DNA from: Pyrinomonadaceae bacterium
GTDB taxonomy: Bacteria; Acidobacteriota; Blastocatellia; Pyrinomonadales; Pyrinomonadaceae
NCBI GenBank assembly: GCA_036277115.1
Contig: DASUNM010000015.1
Span: 108,451 to 172,450, forward strand
Reading direction: 5' to 3'
Length of the DNA stretch: 64,000 nt
In this document: positions 26,520 through 37,012 of the stretch, one piece after another
Numbering within the stretch: position 1 is the first letter of the stretch
How the letters are laid out: the number at the start of each line of letters is the position of its first letter
Notes under the pieces: generated by a model
Told to the model about the DNA's origin: nothing
Database searches by the model: none
The model's input: the letters and a program-made list of their open reading frames with translations, nothing else
Translations under genes and position numbers: made by a program

Positions 26520-29364
26520 CTAGTTTCGGTTAACAGGTCGCCAATCCCCGACTCCGATGAAACTTGCCCAGAAGAACGGATGCTCACGTCCCACCGTTCT
26601 CATCAACGCAAGTTCGGCATTCCGCAATGCCTCGCCTCTTCCCTCTCCTCTTTGCAGGCGCGTATAAAAGTCAACCAACAGCTCGCGGGTCGCTTTATCA
26701 TCCACCTGCCACAGACTAATCATTTGGCTCTCCACGCCTGCGAGCACGAGCGCCCGCCGCAAACCAAAGACACCATCGCCGATCTTTACGTCGCCGATTC
26801 CAGTTTCGCAAGCGGACAGCACGACTAGTTGCGTGCCTCTAAGATCCAGTGCCGCTGTCTCCAGAGCCGAGAGAACACCATCCTCTCCCGGGCCGCTGCT
26901 ACGTCTCGCCACCCCCGCCAGAATGAGGCCCGATCGCAACAGGGGGGTTTTCCAAAGACAGGTCGCTGCGCTCGCGAACAAGTCCACGCTCGCCTGGTTT
27001 CGTACTCTTTTGATCTTCAAGGAAAAAACCGTGCGTAGCTATGTGCAAAATGCGCGGCCTGATGGCCCTTTTCACAAAACGCTCAGTCGCCTCGGCTCCA
27101 GTCAAAACTTCTGCATCAGTCAGAACAGCAGCGATTTCCTTCGCCTCAAGTGCACTACCCGGCAACGGTGAATATTTGATTTTCGTGAAATCGATTGCGC
27201 GTTCCATAAGTGCCGAGGAATCCTGAGGGCCAGGGTCGTCATTTCCAACGCCCTCAAAGAGAGGATTTGCAATCACAAGCGGCCGGTTGAGAGTCTGGCC
27301 CGGCGACAGCGACCGCAACAGATCTCGGCCACTGGTCAGGTAAGTGATCAAATACTTCTCGATCAAATAATGGTTCTGTTCATCGACCAGCGCGCTAAAA
27401 GGAATCAGGCTAAGGCCTCCATCGGGCGATAGGAGGATGTGGCCCGAGTCTCCTAATAGAGTGCGAATCGGTTGCATGACTTGCTCATACAAGGCGCGGC
27501 CAACCTCTTTTGAGTTGCGGCTAGTGCGATCTTGAAGGGCCGCGCGAAATTGGCTGACCTGTTTGTCTATGACACGTGCATCCCCCAGTTCCACCCACGA
27601 TGCATGCCCCTCGCGGCGAAGCACAAACGCAACGTATCGCGCATCGCCGAACTTCTTAGCCTGAGTCGTGGCTTTCGGGTCGAATGGTCGATAGCTAAAG
27701 ATTTCGACCAGCGCTGCGCCCGGCGGTATCGCGGTTACCAGATGTTCCAGGGTTACCGGCCGTAATTGCTACCGGAACTCATCGCTATGAGCTGCGATGT
27801 TTCCTTCCAGCTCATCGACTCGCTTTTCCAGTGTTGACGCGTAGGCTTGCCGGTCTTCATCACCGGCGCGGTTAGGGTCGAGCATGATGTTCGCTAGCTG
27901 CCCCTTGGCCACTGACAACTCATCCAGCAGCGCGACGTCCTGAGGGCCTGCGCGCCGGCGCAACTTTTCAATCTGGCCGCTTAGCACGTCGAGCGCTCGT
28001 CCCTTGCGCCGCAGTACTGACGTTAGAGCAAGCTCGACGATCTCCTTATTACCCGGCCCCGCCTGGACCATCAGGGACACAATAGCGTCGGTTTCTTGGG
28101 ACAGCGTTGCGACATAGAGGCGCTTCTGTCGCTCAGAGCCCGTAGCTACGACTAATCGCAGCGTCCTCTCGCGTATGTTGAAGACGCGCACGAGAAGGCT
28201 CACGGCATAATTGAACTCACCTCTGGCTTCGTAAATCTTTGAGAGATTTATTAGCGGGGAAACGGCATAAACCGAGTTCTTTCCGTAACGCCTTTCGTAA
28301 ATCGCCAAGGCGCGTTCCAGCAGCGGTTGCGCCGTCGCGTTATGACCCAGCTCCATGTGAAGCAGTCCAAGATTGTTGAGAGACGTCGCAGTCGAAATAG
28401 CGTCGCTACCCAGGGCCTTTTCCGTTATGGTGAGCGCACTTTCATAAAATGGTCGGGCCAGTTTGAAGTCACCCTCCTCTTCATAGACTCTGGCTAAACC
28501 GCTTAGCGAGGCTGCCAACAAGTGCCGGTTGGACGCCCCGCCGAGTCCTTCTGTCAGGGAAATTGCTCGTCTGAAATACGTCTTCGCAGCCCGGTAATCC
28601 ATTTTCTTCACATAGACAAAACCCAGACTGTTGAGCGCCGTAGCCAGATTCATATCTTCGCGTGGGAGTCTCTCGGCGATGGTTATCGCGCGCCGCAGCA
28701 ACTGTTCGGCTTGCTCATCGTCACCTCTCTCACTGTAGAAACCCGCGAGGCTGTTCAGGATGCTGGCGACGTCAGGGCTTGATGGATCGGCAGAAGGGCT
28801 TTCAGCTACGTTAAGCGCCCTTTTGTAGAATTGCTCCGTGCGAACATAGTCGCCCATCAAACGATATAAGCCGGCAAGATTGACAAGACACAAAACTACA
28901 ATTCGGTGAGTAGGCCCAAGTCTGCGTTCGGCAATAGCAAGCGATCGCTTATACCGCAATTCAGCTAGGTGATAGTTACCTACCTGTCGATGGAAGCCCG
29001 CAAGATTGTTCAGCAATCGGGCAACTGCAATATCGTCCGTGCCAAACATTCTCTCCAGTAGGAACACAAGACGTTCAGCCCGCGGAATTGCCTCCGCATA
29101 TTTCCCTTCCTTCGACAGCAGCTCGATTTCCTGGTTCAGGCGTCTGGCTTCGGACAACTGTTGCGATTGTGGTTGGGCGAAGGCACTTTTCACCTGGGCT
29201 GATGACTGTGCCAAGGCAATAACTACAAGGAATAATGGCAGAGCGGGCGGAAATTCAGGCTTGAGTAATCGGTGGCGAGAAAGGCGGAATTGCCGGCAAC
29301 GTGAAGCCGAGCCGTCGATTTCGAATCGCGTGGACCGAGTCGCGATAAGCGAATCACTTCCCAT
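26520..29364 (-). pseudogene. Disrupted TPR-CHAT gene (in-frame TAG plus 1-nt frameshift)
   Basis: Three consecutive ORFs (27769..29364, 26899..27624, 26520..27020) together encode signal peptide, TPR and CHAT. TAG at 27769-27771 sits in frame within a conserved segment. Deleting one G from the G6 run at 26942-26947 restores ..SLENPLLRSGLILAGV..VVLSACETG. Confidence 0.75.
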
Positions 29365-30265
29365 AGCTCAACCGTACGTTCACCAGCATGGCCTTTGTAT
29401 TCGTCGCCGAGACGCGATAGATCGTCTGCGGACCGGGATCGTCCCGGGTTAGTTGTCGGGTCTTCTTCGCGGCGGCTTGTTTTTCCTCTTGCGTCCAGGC
29501 CTGGCCAACTCCCCCCTCCATTTCGTAACGCTCGCTCACGCCGCCCCACAATTTTTCCCATCGGCTAAGTTCCCCCGATTCGATATGCAACGGTTTGTCA
29601 GACAGCGGGAGATCGAGTGGAGTGGCGGTGACTATGAAGGTCAGCAACTCGCCGACCTGGTTGTGGCGCGTGATCCGGGCGGTGAAATGGTTCGGGTCTT
29701 CTTCCTGGCCAGGAATATCAATAAGACTTCCCGGAACCAGTTTGTTGTCAGCCTCAGCCCACGGAAAGATTAGCATCGCCTCGCCAGTTGAGCCGTCGGC
29801 CAAAACGTCTCGGTCGACTACATAGAGGTATCCGCCCCGCGGGGACTCAACGCTGATACGAATGTAATCGCCCTCTCGAAATGTGCCGTCGCTTTGGACT
29901 CGTTCGGCAGCCCAAAGCGATCCTTTACTCTTTTCCCGGATGAGAGCGCGTCGGCCAGAATCACCCGTCCTCGCCGGTCGCAACCGCCAGATCGTAATTC
30001 CTAGCTCCTCGAAATTCGCGGGCGGAGGCCGTGAGCCAGCGGCGGGATTCGAAACGAGCCGGTAAGTGGGACGTCTGACTTGCCCACGTGATCTTCCCTT
30101 GCGGCGCGGGTCGACTTCTCTGCGGCTCTTGATGAAGTCGTCAGAAACAATTTTCCGTTGCGGGTCCTGGCTCGGGCTGACATACCCTTCGACTCGTAAG
30201 CCTGCAATGCTCGCGAGCGAGAGCAACAAGATCACGAACCATTTCACATGTAAGGGTGGTTTCAT
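29354..30265 (-). CDS. Exported DUF4384-like protein
   Basis: 303 aa. Signal peptide VILLLSLASIAG. DUF4384-type GDYIRISVESPRGGYLYVVDRD. Confidence 0.7.
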   Translation of the reverse strand: MKPPLHVKWFVILLLSLASIAGLRVEGYVSPSQDPQRKIVSDDFIKSRREVDPRRKGRSRGQVRRPTYRLVSNPAAGSRPPPANFEELGITIWRLRPARTGDSGRRALIREKSKGSLWAAERVQSDGTFREGDYIRISVESPRGGYLYVVDRDVLADGSTGEAMLIFPWAEADNKLVPGSLIDIPGQEEDPNHFTARITRHNQVGELLTFIVTATPLDLPLSDKPLHIESGELSRWEKLWGGVSERYEMEGGVGQAWTQEEKQAAAKKTRQLTRDDPGPQTIYRVSATNTKAMLVNVRLSYGK

Positions 30266-30280
30266 AGTTGGCCTCGTAAG

Positions 30281-32065
30281 TCATTGATGTTCCAACTCCA
30301 CAAGTTTGACCAGTAAATTTCCGCTGGCCCAAACACTGGTTCGTTGTTTGGCTGTGTCCTTAGTGGTTTTCGGTTCAGGTGTCGAGTTTTCAGACAGAAA
30401 ATCTCTCAGCGTCTTCACAATAGATGTATCGGTGACTGCGCCTTCCGGGCTCTTAAAGGCGTCGAGGGCTGCGACTTCCAGCGGCACGACCTTAGCCTGC
30501 GACCACACAATCCATAAACGTTCTTTTCCCTTTTCGCCGGTAAAGGTGTTCCAATTTGTTTGGAAGTCCTGATTTTGTTCCAACCGGGCGGTCCCATCAT
30601 TCGCCGCCTTTGTAGGAAAAATAATATTAAAGACCTCTTGTTCAGGTGGGCCTTGACTAAAGACATAGAGATGTCCAGCCTGTCGCTTGAAAACGTTGAG
30701 ACGGAATTTATCGCCGCTTTCGAAAACGTTCGGTTCTGCTGATTCAAAAGGCTCCTGGTACAGCTGTCCGCCGCGCATCTTTTGTACGGTGAATGAGTAA
30801 CTCAACGTTCGATACGGCGACGAACGAGTATTCGTCGCGGTCCCGAACCCGGGTCGCCAAATCAGCCAGTACACTCCGGTCACCATTGCCAGGAGCAGAA
30901 CGGCAGCGGTCGCAATCATAAACCGCTCTCTTAGTCGTAGTTTTCTGCCGACGACTGGGTGCGCCGGAGCATTTGCCAGTAACGCGCTGGACAATCGGTT
31001 GCCGAATTCACCCGCGTGGTAACGGGCCCCCGGGTCAAATGACAAACCGTTGAGGATGATCGCTTCCGCTTCTTCGGACAACTTGGGCCGCAAGGCTGTC
31101 GGTTTGGCCCTGATTCCCTGGCGCTGCAGTTCCCACAAATCAGCCGGCGTTTCAAACACGAATGGCCGTCGGCCGGTCAACAATTCATAAGCGACCACGG
31201 CAAACGAATAAACGTCGCTCGGCGCCGACACCCTGTCACCGTGCAATTGCTCAGGAGACATGTAGGCTACCGTCCCCATCGTGACTGAGTCCTCAATATT
31301 GGTGGGACCCATCAACGACGCTTTGACTTTCGCAATGCCGAAATCCACAACTTTCACCTGCTCTTCGTTGGCTCCGAGGTCCTGGAGCATGATGTTTTCC
31401 GGCTTCAGATCGCGGTGATAAATCTCGTTGCGGTGGACGGCATTGAGCGCGGAGCCAATGCCTCTGATGATGAACGCCGCGCGTTCGAACGGAAGACCCT
31501 GGGGCTTTTCGTTAATCAAGTTGCGCAGAGAAGCGCCGGCCACATACTCCATCACCAGGTAAGGTTTCTTATCCGGCAACTCACCGGCACCCAAAATGGT
31601 TACCACGCCGGGATGAACAACATGGGCGAGAGCCCTTTTCTCCTCCTTGAATTTCCGAACGATCTCTGCGTTACGCAGTGATTCGTCCAGCAGGACTTTC
31701 AACACCACGCGCTTCGGATCAAGCGTAAGGTCGCGCGCCAGATACACGCGGGCCATGCCACCTTTAGCGAGACGTCTCTCGACCACGTATCGATCATCAA
31801 TAGTCGAACCGATTAGTTCATCATTCGAGTCAGAAATATCCAATTCTGTGGGATCGTCCGTGCTCAGAATCCTGAGACCGAGTCTGAAGATCGGCGCTTC
31901 GAGAAATTGCGCAGACGAGTCAGCTTTCAGCAGCGAGCAAACCTGTTTTGTGAGAACCGGATCGAAGTCACACTCTCGCGCAACGAAATCGCATCGCTGG
32001 CCGGGAGGGATCGGCAAGGCTGAGTAATAAATCTCTTGAATGCGATCCCAAGTGTGAGGGTCCAT
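30281..32065 (-). CDS. Ser/Thr protein kinase with TM helix and extracytoplasmic DUF4384-like domain
   Basis: 594 aa. VLKVL, HRDLKPENIML, DFGIAK and YMSPEQ motifs. TM helix MIATAAVLLLAMVTGVYWLIW. C-terminal GDKFRLNVFKRQAGHLYVFSQG. Confidence 0.9.
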   Translation of the reverse strand: MDPHTWDRIQEIYYSALPIPPGQRCDFVARECDFDPVLTKQVCSLLKADSSAQFLEAPIFRLGLRILSTDDPTELDISDSNDELIGSTIDDRYVVERRLAKGGMARVYLARDLTLDPKRVVLKVLLDESLRNAEIVRKFKEEKRALAHVVHPGVVTILGAGELPDKKPYLVMEYVAGASLRNLINEKPQGLPFERAAFIIRGIGSALNAVHRNEIYHRDLKPENIMLQDLGANEEQVKVVDFGIAKVKASLMGPTNIEDSVTMGTVAYMSPEQLHGDRVSAPSDVYSFAVVAYELLTGRRPFVFETPADLWELQRQGIRAKPTALRPKLSEEAEAIILNGLSFDPGARYHAGEFGNRLSSALLANAPAHPVVGRKLRLRERFMIATAAVLLLAMVTGVYWLIWRPGFGTATNTRSSPYRTLSYSFTVQKMRGGQLYQEPFESAEPNVFESGDKFRLNVFKRQAGHLYVFSQGPPEQEVFNIIFPTKAANDGTARLEQNQDFQTNWNTFTGEKGKERLWIVWSQAKVVPLEVAALDAFKSPEGAVTDTSIVKTLRDFLSENSTPEPKTTKDTAKQRTSVWASGNLLVKLVELEHQ

Positions 32066-32308
32066 TCAACTATCTCCGGTCATGGGAAGTTGATCGGCGA
32101 GCGAACTCGCGTTCGGGACTATTAGCGGTTCGGCGCGGCGACATCTTATACACGGCTAGTTCCGATGGCAATAGTGTTTTGGACAGCAGCTTGGCCATTC
32201 ATTTTAGCGTAGCAGGATATTACTAGTCAGAGACTGAGCCCCATAAATCAAACACGAAATCACCGTTTTCTAAAACGTTCTGGATGTATAATCTGCCACC
32301 GGTTTAAT

Positions 32309-32887
32309 GTGAAAGATCAAACACTCAACTCTCATGAAATAACTAAGTTGCTGCAAGCATGGAGCCAGGGCGATTCGGAAGCTCTCGCCAAGCTGATACC
32401 CCTGGTAGACCGTGAGCTGAAGAAAATTGCCCACGCCTATATGCGTAAAGAGAGACCCGGCCATATCCTGCAAACGACCGCACTGGTCGATGAGGCGCTT
32501 ATCCGGTTAATACGGGCAGACAAGATCAATTGGGACAATCGAAAACACTTCTACGCGCTCATCGCCCGCCGCATGCGTCAAGTCCTGGTTGAATACGCCA
32601 GAAAGCAAATAACCAGGGGAGGTACTCGCGTGGCCCAGGTTGAGATCACAGAGGCTGATAAGTTGACGGACAAGGCATCGGAAGAATTGCTACTCCTGCA
32701 TGAGGCGCTGATGAAGCTCGCGACTTTCGACGCGCGCAAAGCAACCGTTGTCGAGCAGCGTTACTTTGGAGGATTTACCTTCGGCGAAATAGCGAAGCTC
32801 ATGGGAGTCTCAAAGACCACGGTTGAGCGCGAGTGGAATTTCGCACGCAGCTGGCTGAAAAATGAAATTCCGGCCTCGAAAACTTGA
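32309..32887 (+). CDS. ECF sigma factor of the kinase-associated type
   Basis: 192 aa, GTG start. ITKLLQAWSQGDSEALAKLIPLVDRELKKIAHAYM and a region-4 HTH FGEIAKLMGVSKTTVEREWNFARSWL. Divergent from the kinase gene. Confidence 0.85.
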   Translation: MKDQTLNSHEITKLLQAWSQGDSEALAKLIPLVDRELKKIAHAYMRKERPGHILQTTALVDEALIRLIRADKINWDNRKHFYALIARRMRQVLVEYARKQITRGGTRVAQVEITEADKLTDKASEELLLLHEALMKLATFDARKATVVEQRYFGGFTFGEIAKLMGVSKTTVEREWNFARSWLKNEIPASKT

Positions 32888-33008
32888 AAAGCACCGAGTC
32901 TGGAGGTTGATCTAAGAGTCCGCCCCTTTCGCAGAACCATACGGGCGATGTGAATCCAACTCACCATCGGGCGCAAAGAAAAGATCCTTTGTGCTGAGGA
33001 AATTTGCC

Positions 33009-35801
33009 ATGAGTCCACCATCTCCCAGCAGGTCACTCACCCCGAACTGCTCAATTCCTTTCCGATACCTTTTTCTATTGGTAACTTTCTTTCTGTTACT
33101 CGGCACACCGTCAGCACAACCGACGAAAGAGACCCCTGAAAATGCTTTTATCCGACTAGCGAACGAGGGGTTGCATCTGTTCGCCGCAGGCTCGCCGGCA
33201 TCTCTAACAAAAGCCATTGAAAAGTTCGAATCGGCACGAGTAGCGCTTCGCCCCCTTAACCTGCCTGTCGGCGACGCTGTTATGTTGACGATGATTGGCG
33301 TCGCCTACAGCCAGGTCGGGCAAGATCAAAAGGCGATGGAAAAGTACATGGAGTCGCTGCCCCTCTATCGAATTGCCGGCGAGCAGAAAGGGGAGGCCAG
33401 CACCCTGCTTCATCTTGGGCTAATACATACCAAGTTAGGCGAAATGGAGAAAGGGCTGGACTATTTGGGCCAGGCTTTGGCGCTCTTTCACACCGCGGGC
33501 GAGCGGCAGGGTGAAGCGATGGCGCTAACTGTGATCGGAAGTCTTTATGTGCTTCTGGGAAAACCTGAGGAGTTGATCACTTATTACAGCAAGGTTCTCG
33601 CGATCTCCCGCTCCACCGCGCCGCGTGAGAGGGACACAACTGCTCTGCCTGCACTTGCCCCGCTCTTTAAGCTGATGGGTCAGAATGTAGTGGATCAGCC
33701 GGAGAAGGCGCGAGAGGGTCTTGAGCAACTTTTGTCATTGTCGCGCGCCTTCCGCATTCCTCGCGGACAGGCTCTTGCGCTTTTAGGGCTGGGCCTGGAC
33801 CACAGTTTTGAACACGAAACTCAAAAAGCTCTTTCGTATTACGAGCAAGCTTTGCCTCTCTTTCAATCCGAGCATGATCGCCCCGGCGAGGGCGTTGCGC
33901 TCTTCGGGCTTTGCATGAGCTACATTAGTGCTCGTGATCATAAGAAGGGTTTTATCTATTGTGATCAGGCGCTTGCGCTCCATCGCGCCATTGGTGACCG
34001 CCATGCTGAATCACTCACACTGAAGCAAATCGCTATCGGAGAACGAGATCGTGGAGATCTCGCCGCCTCTTTGAGAGCGATCGAGTCTGCCATCGCGAAT
34101 GTCGAGTCTATCCGAACAAAAGTAGTTAATCCGGAGCTTCGTCTCTCGTTTTTCGCCGGCGCACAGGATTACTACGAGTTCTACATCGACCTGCTAATGC
34201 GTCTGCACAAGCAGCATCCAAACGACGGCTACAACGCAAAGGCACTCCATGCGACCGAACGCGCGCGCGCGCGCTCCCTGCTTGACACGCTTAACGAAGC
34301 AAACGCCGACATACGCCAAGGCGTTGATGCTGCACTGTTACAGCGCGAACAGGAGACTCAGCGCCGGCTCAACGCGAAAGCCCAAACACAAATGAGCTTG
34401 GTGTCGCAAAAGCACTCAGAGGCACAAGCCAAGGCGATCGCCGAAGAAATCCAGGCGTTGATTAAGGATTTGCAGCAGGTCGAAACAGAGATCCGGCAAA
34501 ACAGCCCGCAGTATGCTGCGCTGATGCAACCGCGCCCGCTCACTGTAAGGGAGATTCAGACGCAGGTACTGGATCAAGAGACTGTCTTGCTGGAGTATGC
34601 GCTGGGTGAGGAGCGTAGCTTTGTATGGGTTGTGACTTCAGCCGCGATCACCAGCCACGAGTTAGCCAAACGTTCTGATATTGAAAGTGCTGTCGCCCAC
34701 TTTTACAATCTTTTGAACGCACGGAATGCAGACGTGAAAGGTGAGACGAAGGAACAGCGGGCGGTCCGAATCAGTAGGTCGGACGCCGCCATCCCCCTGG
34801 CTGCCGCATCGTTAAGCCGGATGGTGCTCGTTCCCGAAGTGGGACGCACGGGCAAGAAGCGATTGGTGGTTGTCGCTGACGGCGCGCTCCACTTTATTCC
34901 GTTTGCCGCGTTGCCGGTGGGGACCGACGGCCCTACCAGGGGGAATCAAAAAGGAACTGTCACAGAGCCGAGAAACTTGATAGCTGATCACGAGATCGTC
35001 AATCTGCCCTCCGCCTCAACACTGGCAGTGATCCGAGAGGAAGTCGCGGGACGTGAACGGGCGCCTAAAACTGTCGCGGTGCTGGCCGATCCAGTGTTTA
35101 TGAAAACCGATGAGCGCGTTAAGACAGAGAAAAACAGGAGCCCACCGCCGCGCAATGAAAGCAAAAAAGACCGACAGCTTATCAAAGCTAAGGAAGATAC
35201 AGGTTTATCCAGTGGATTGGACATTCCTCGTCTGCCCGGTACGCGTCGAGAAGCAGAGCAGATCGTGGCGATGGTTCCCGAAAATGAGCGGCGACTAGCG
35301 CTGGACTTTACCGCCAATCGGGAGGCGGCAACCAGCGCCGAGCTGGCCCAGTATCGCTACGTACATCTTTCCACCCACGGTCTTTTGAACAGCGTCCACC
35401 CAGAATTGTCCGGGTTAGTTTTCTCTCTGGTGAACGAACGTGGAGAACCCCAAGACGGCTTCTTGCTGGCGCATGAGATCTTCAATCTAAAGATTCCGGC
35501 CGAGGCGGTGGTTCTAAGTGCGTGCGAAACCGGCATTGGTAAAGACATTAAAGGGGAGGGGCTTGTGAGCCTAACACGCGGATTCATGTACGCCGGATCA
35601 CCACGGGTGGTCGTAAGTCTTTGGGGTGTGAGCGACTCCGCAACGACTGAACTGATGGTGCGATTTTATCAAGGGATGTTAAAGGAAGGCCGGCCGCCCG
35701 CCGCGGCTCTTCGGGCTGCACAATTGTCCGTGATGAGCGACAAACGATGGGCGTCACCCTATTATTGGGCCCCATTTGTCTTGCAAGGGGAATGGCGATA
35801 A
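33009..35801 (+). CDS. Exported TPR-repeat CHAT (caspase-like) protein
   Basis: ORF 32991..35801, with an ATG at 33009. Signal-like FRYLFLLVTFFLLLGTPSAQ. TPR units. CHAT dyad contexts HLSTHGL and AVVLSACETG. Confidence 0.85.
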   Translation: MSPPSPSRSLTPNCSIPFRYLFLLVTFFLLLGTPSAQPTKETPENAFIRLANEGLHLFAAGSPASLTKAIEKFESARVALRPLNLPVGDAVMLTMIGVAYSQVGQDQKAMEKYMESLPLYRIAGEQKGEASTLLHLGLIHTKLGEMEKGLDYLGQALALFHTAGERQGEAMALTVIGSLYVLLGKPEELITYYSKVLAISRSTAPRERDTTALPALAPLFKLMGQNVVDQPEKAREGLEQLLSLSRAFRIPRGQALALLGLGLDHSFEHETQKALSYYEQALPLFQSEHDRPGEGVALFGLCMSYISARDHKKGFIYCDQALALHRAIGDRHAESLTLKQIAIGERDRGDLAASLRAIESAIANVESIRTKVVNPELRLSFFAGAQDYYEFYIDLLMRLHKQHPNDGYNAKALHATERARARSLLDTLNEANADIRQGVDAALLQREQETQRRLNAKAQTQMSLVSQKHSEAQAKAIAEEIQALIKDLQQVETEIRQNSPQYAALMQPRPLTVREIQTQVLDQETVLLEYALGEERSFVWVVTSAAITSHELAKRSDIESAVAHFYNLLNARNADVKGETKEQRAVRISRSDAAIPLAAASLSRMVLVPEVGRTGKKRLVVVADGALHFIPFAALPVGTDGPTRGNQKGTVTEPRNLIADHEIVNLPSASTLAVIREEVAGRERAPKTVAVLADPVFMKTDERVKTEKNRSPPPRNESKKDRQLIKAKEDTGLSSGLDIPRLPGTRREAEQIVAMVPENERRLALDFTANREAATSAELAQYRYVHLSTHGLLNSVHPELSGLVFSLVNERGEPQDGFLLAHEIFNLKIPAEAVVLSACETGIGKDIKGEGLVSLTRGFMYAGSPRVVVSLWGVSDSATTELMVRFYQGMLKEGRPPAAALRAAQLSVMSDKRWASPYYWAPFVLQGEWR

Positions 35802-36006
35802 ATCGAATTCAACTCTGTGACTTCAACCCTCAGTGACTACTCACTCGATGCCGTAATGCGCAAAAGCCTCAAATACTCCCAGCACCTTCTAAGAGTCTTC
35901 AGGAAGTCAAGAAAACGAAATAACGTGGCGCCACTGTAACGTTATGGCTTTTTCGCCATAGTCACTGGTCAGACTTTCGAAAATCTAAGGAAGGGCCAAA
36001 TTTCTA

Positions 36007-36165
36007 ATGGCTAAGACCAGTCCGTGGCATTCGAAACTTCCGAATGACCCGTATGTTTACCACAACGACACCGACTGCAACACGGGAAACAACATCGAAA
36101 AAGAAAACCGCGTTGAGGGTACTGGTGACCGACCGCTCTGCAAAGAGTGTGCTGGGCTCGGATAG
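36007..36165 (+). CDS. 52-aa conserved-looking small protein (YHxxxxC..GNNI..C..EC)
   Basis: Not in the ORF track because it is under 60 aa. ATG at 36007 with AAGGAAGG upstream; TAG at 36163. Translation: MAKTSPWHSKLPNDPYVYHNDTDCNTGNNIEKENRVEGTGDRPLCKECAGLG. Confidence 0.4.
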   Translation: MAKTSPWHSKLPNDPYVYHNDTDCNTGNNIEKENRVEGTGDRPLCKECAGLG

Positions 36166-36380
36166 ATAGAAGTTAATTTCCTACGGGCCCGTTAGTCGGA
36201 AGGCCATCTTCTATCACGGGCCGGTAGGCCCTCTATGATCGATCGGGTAGACGCGCCTTAACACGGTTACGTTTAACCTTACAACTTGCGAAGTTGCAAG
36301 TTTCCTAGCGTGCTTCTGTTCTAGCGCGAACAAATTCATCGATATCTTGAAGACCGGGAGAAAGGGATGGAGGTTTAGCG

Positions 36381-36587
36381 ATGGAAAAATACTACGTCAA
36401 CAAAAATGCTCAGACTAACGGGGATCATGAAGTTCACGTTCCACGCTGTTCGTTTTTTCCCGAGTCTGAAAATCGAGTCTACTTGGGAGAGTATTCTAGC
36501 TGCCGCCCCGCGGTAACGAAGGCGAAAGAGTATTACAGCCACTGTAATGGTTGCTTCTACTGCTGCAACGCTTGCCACACGAGCTAG
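36381..36587 (+). CDS. 68-aa Cys-rich small protein
   Basis: ORF with GGAGG upstream. HEVHVPRCSFF..YLGEY..C..AV..A and a C-terminal CNGCFYCCNACH. Confidence 0.5.
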   Translation: MEKYYVNKNAQTNGDHEVHVPRCSFFPESENRVYLGEYSSCRPAVTKAKEYYSHCNGCFYCCNACHTS

Positions 36588-36642
36588 TTAGTTGGCGCAG
36601 TTTGCATTAAAGCAACAATTCCGAGCCCTTTTTTTGCGGGTT

Positions 36643-36981
36643 ATGAAGACAGTCCCTCTAGCTCTTGCTTTATTTTCCCTTCTAACTGCCGGCTGCTACG
36701 GCCCTAAGTCTGAGACCGAGCGTCAAGGCAAAGGGCCGCCAACGGTTTCGAGTCCCATGACCCGAAGTAGTCCTGATGCGTTGTCATCGTCGAATCAGGC
36801 AAGTGAAAAGGCCTCTAATTGCGATCCCAACTATTCTCCCTGCGTTCCTATTGCCAGCGACGTTGACTGCGCTGGCGGCGGCGGCAATGGACCAGCTTAC
36901 GTGCGAGGGCCTATCCGGGTCATCGGAACAGACATCTACGGGCTAGACCGAGACGGTAATGGAATCGCCTGTGAGAAGTGA
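36643..36981 (+). CDS. Lipoprotein with C-terminal Excalibur-like calcium-binding domain
   Basis: ORF 36592..36981, with an ATG at 36643. Lipobox LLTAGC. C-terminal CDPNY..C..DVDCAGGGGNGP..GLDRDGNGIACE. Confidence 0.65.
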   Translation: MKTVPLALALFSLLTAGCYGPKSETERQGKGPPTVSSPMTRSSPDALSSSNQASEKASNCDPNYSPCVPIASDVDCAGGGGNGPAYVRGPIRVIGTDIYGLDRDGNGIACEK

Positions 36982-37012
36982 AAGAGTTCAGTTGCAAACG
37001 AAAGGAGCAGTC

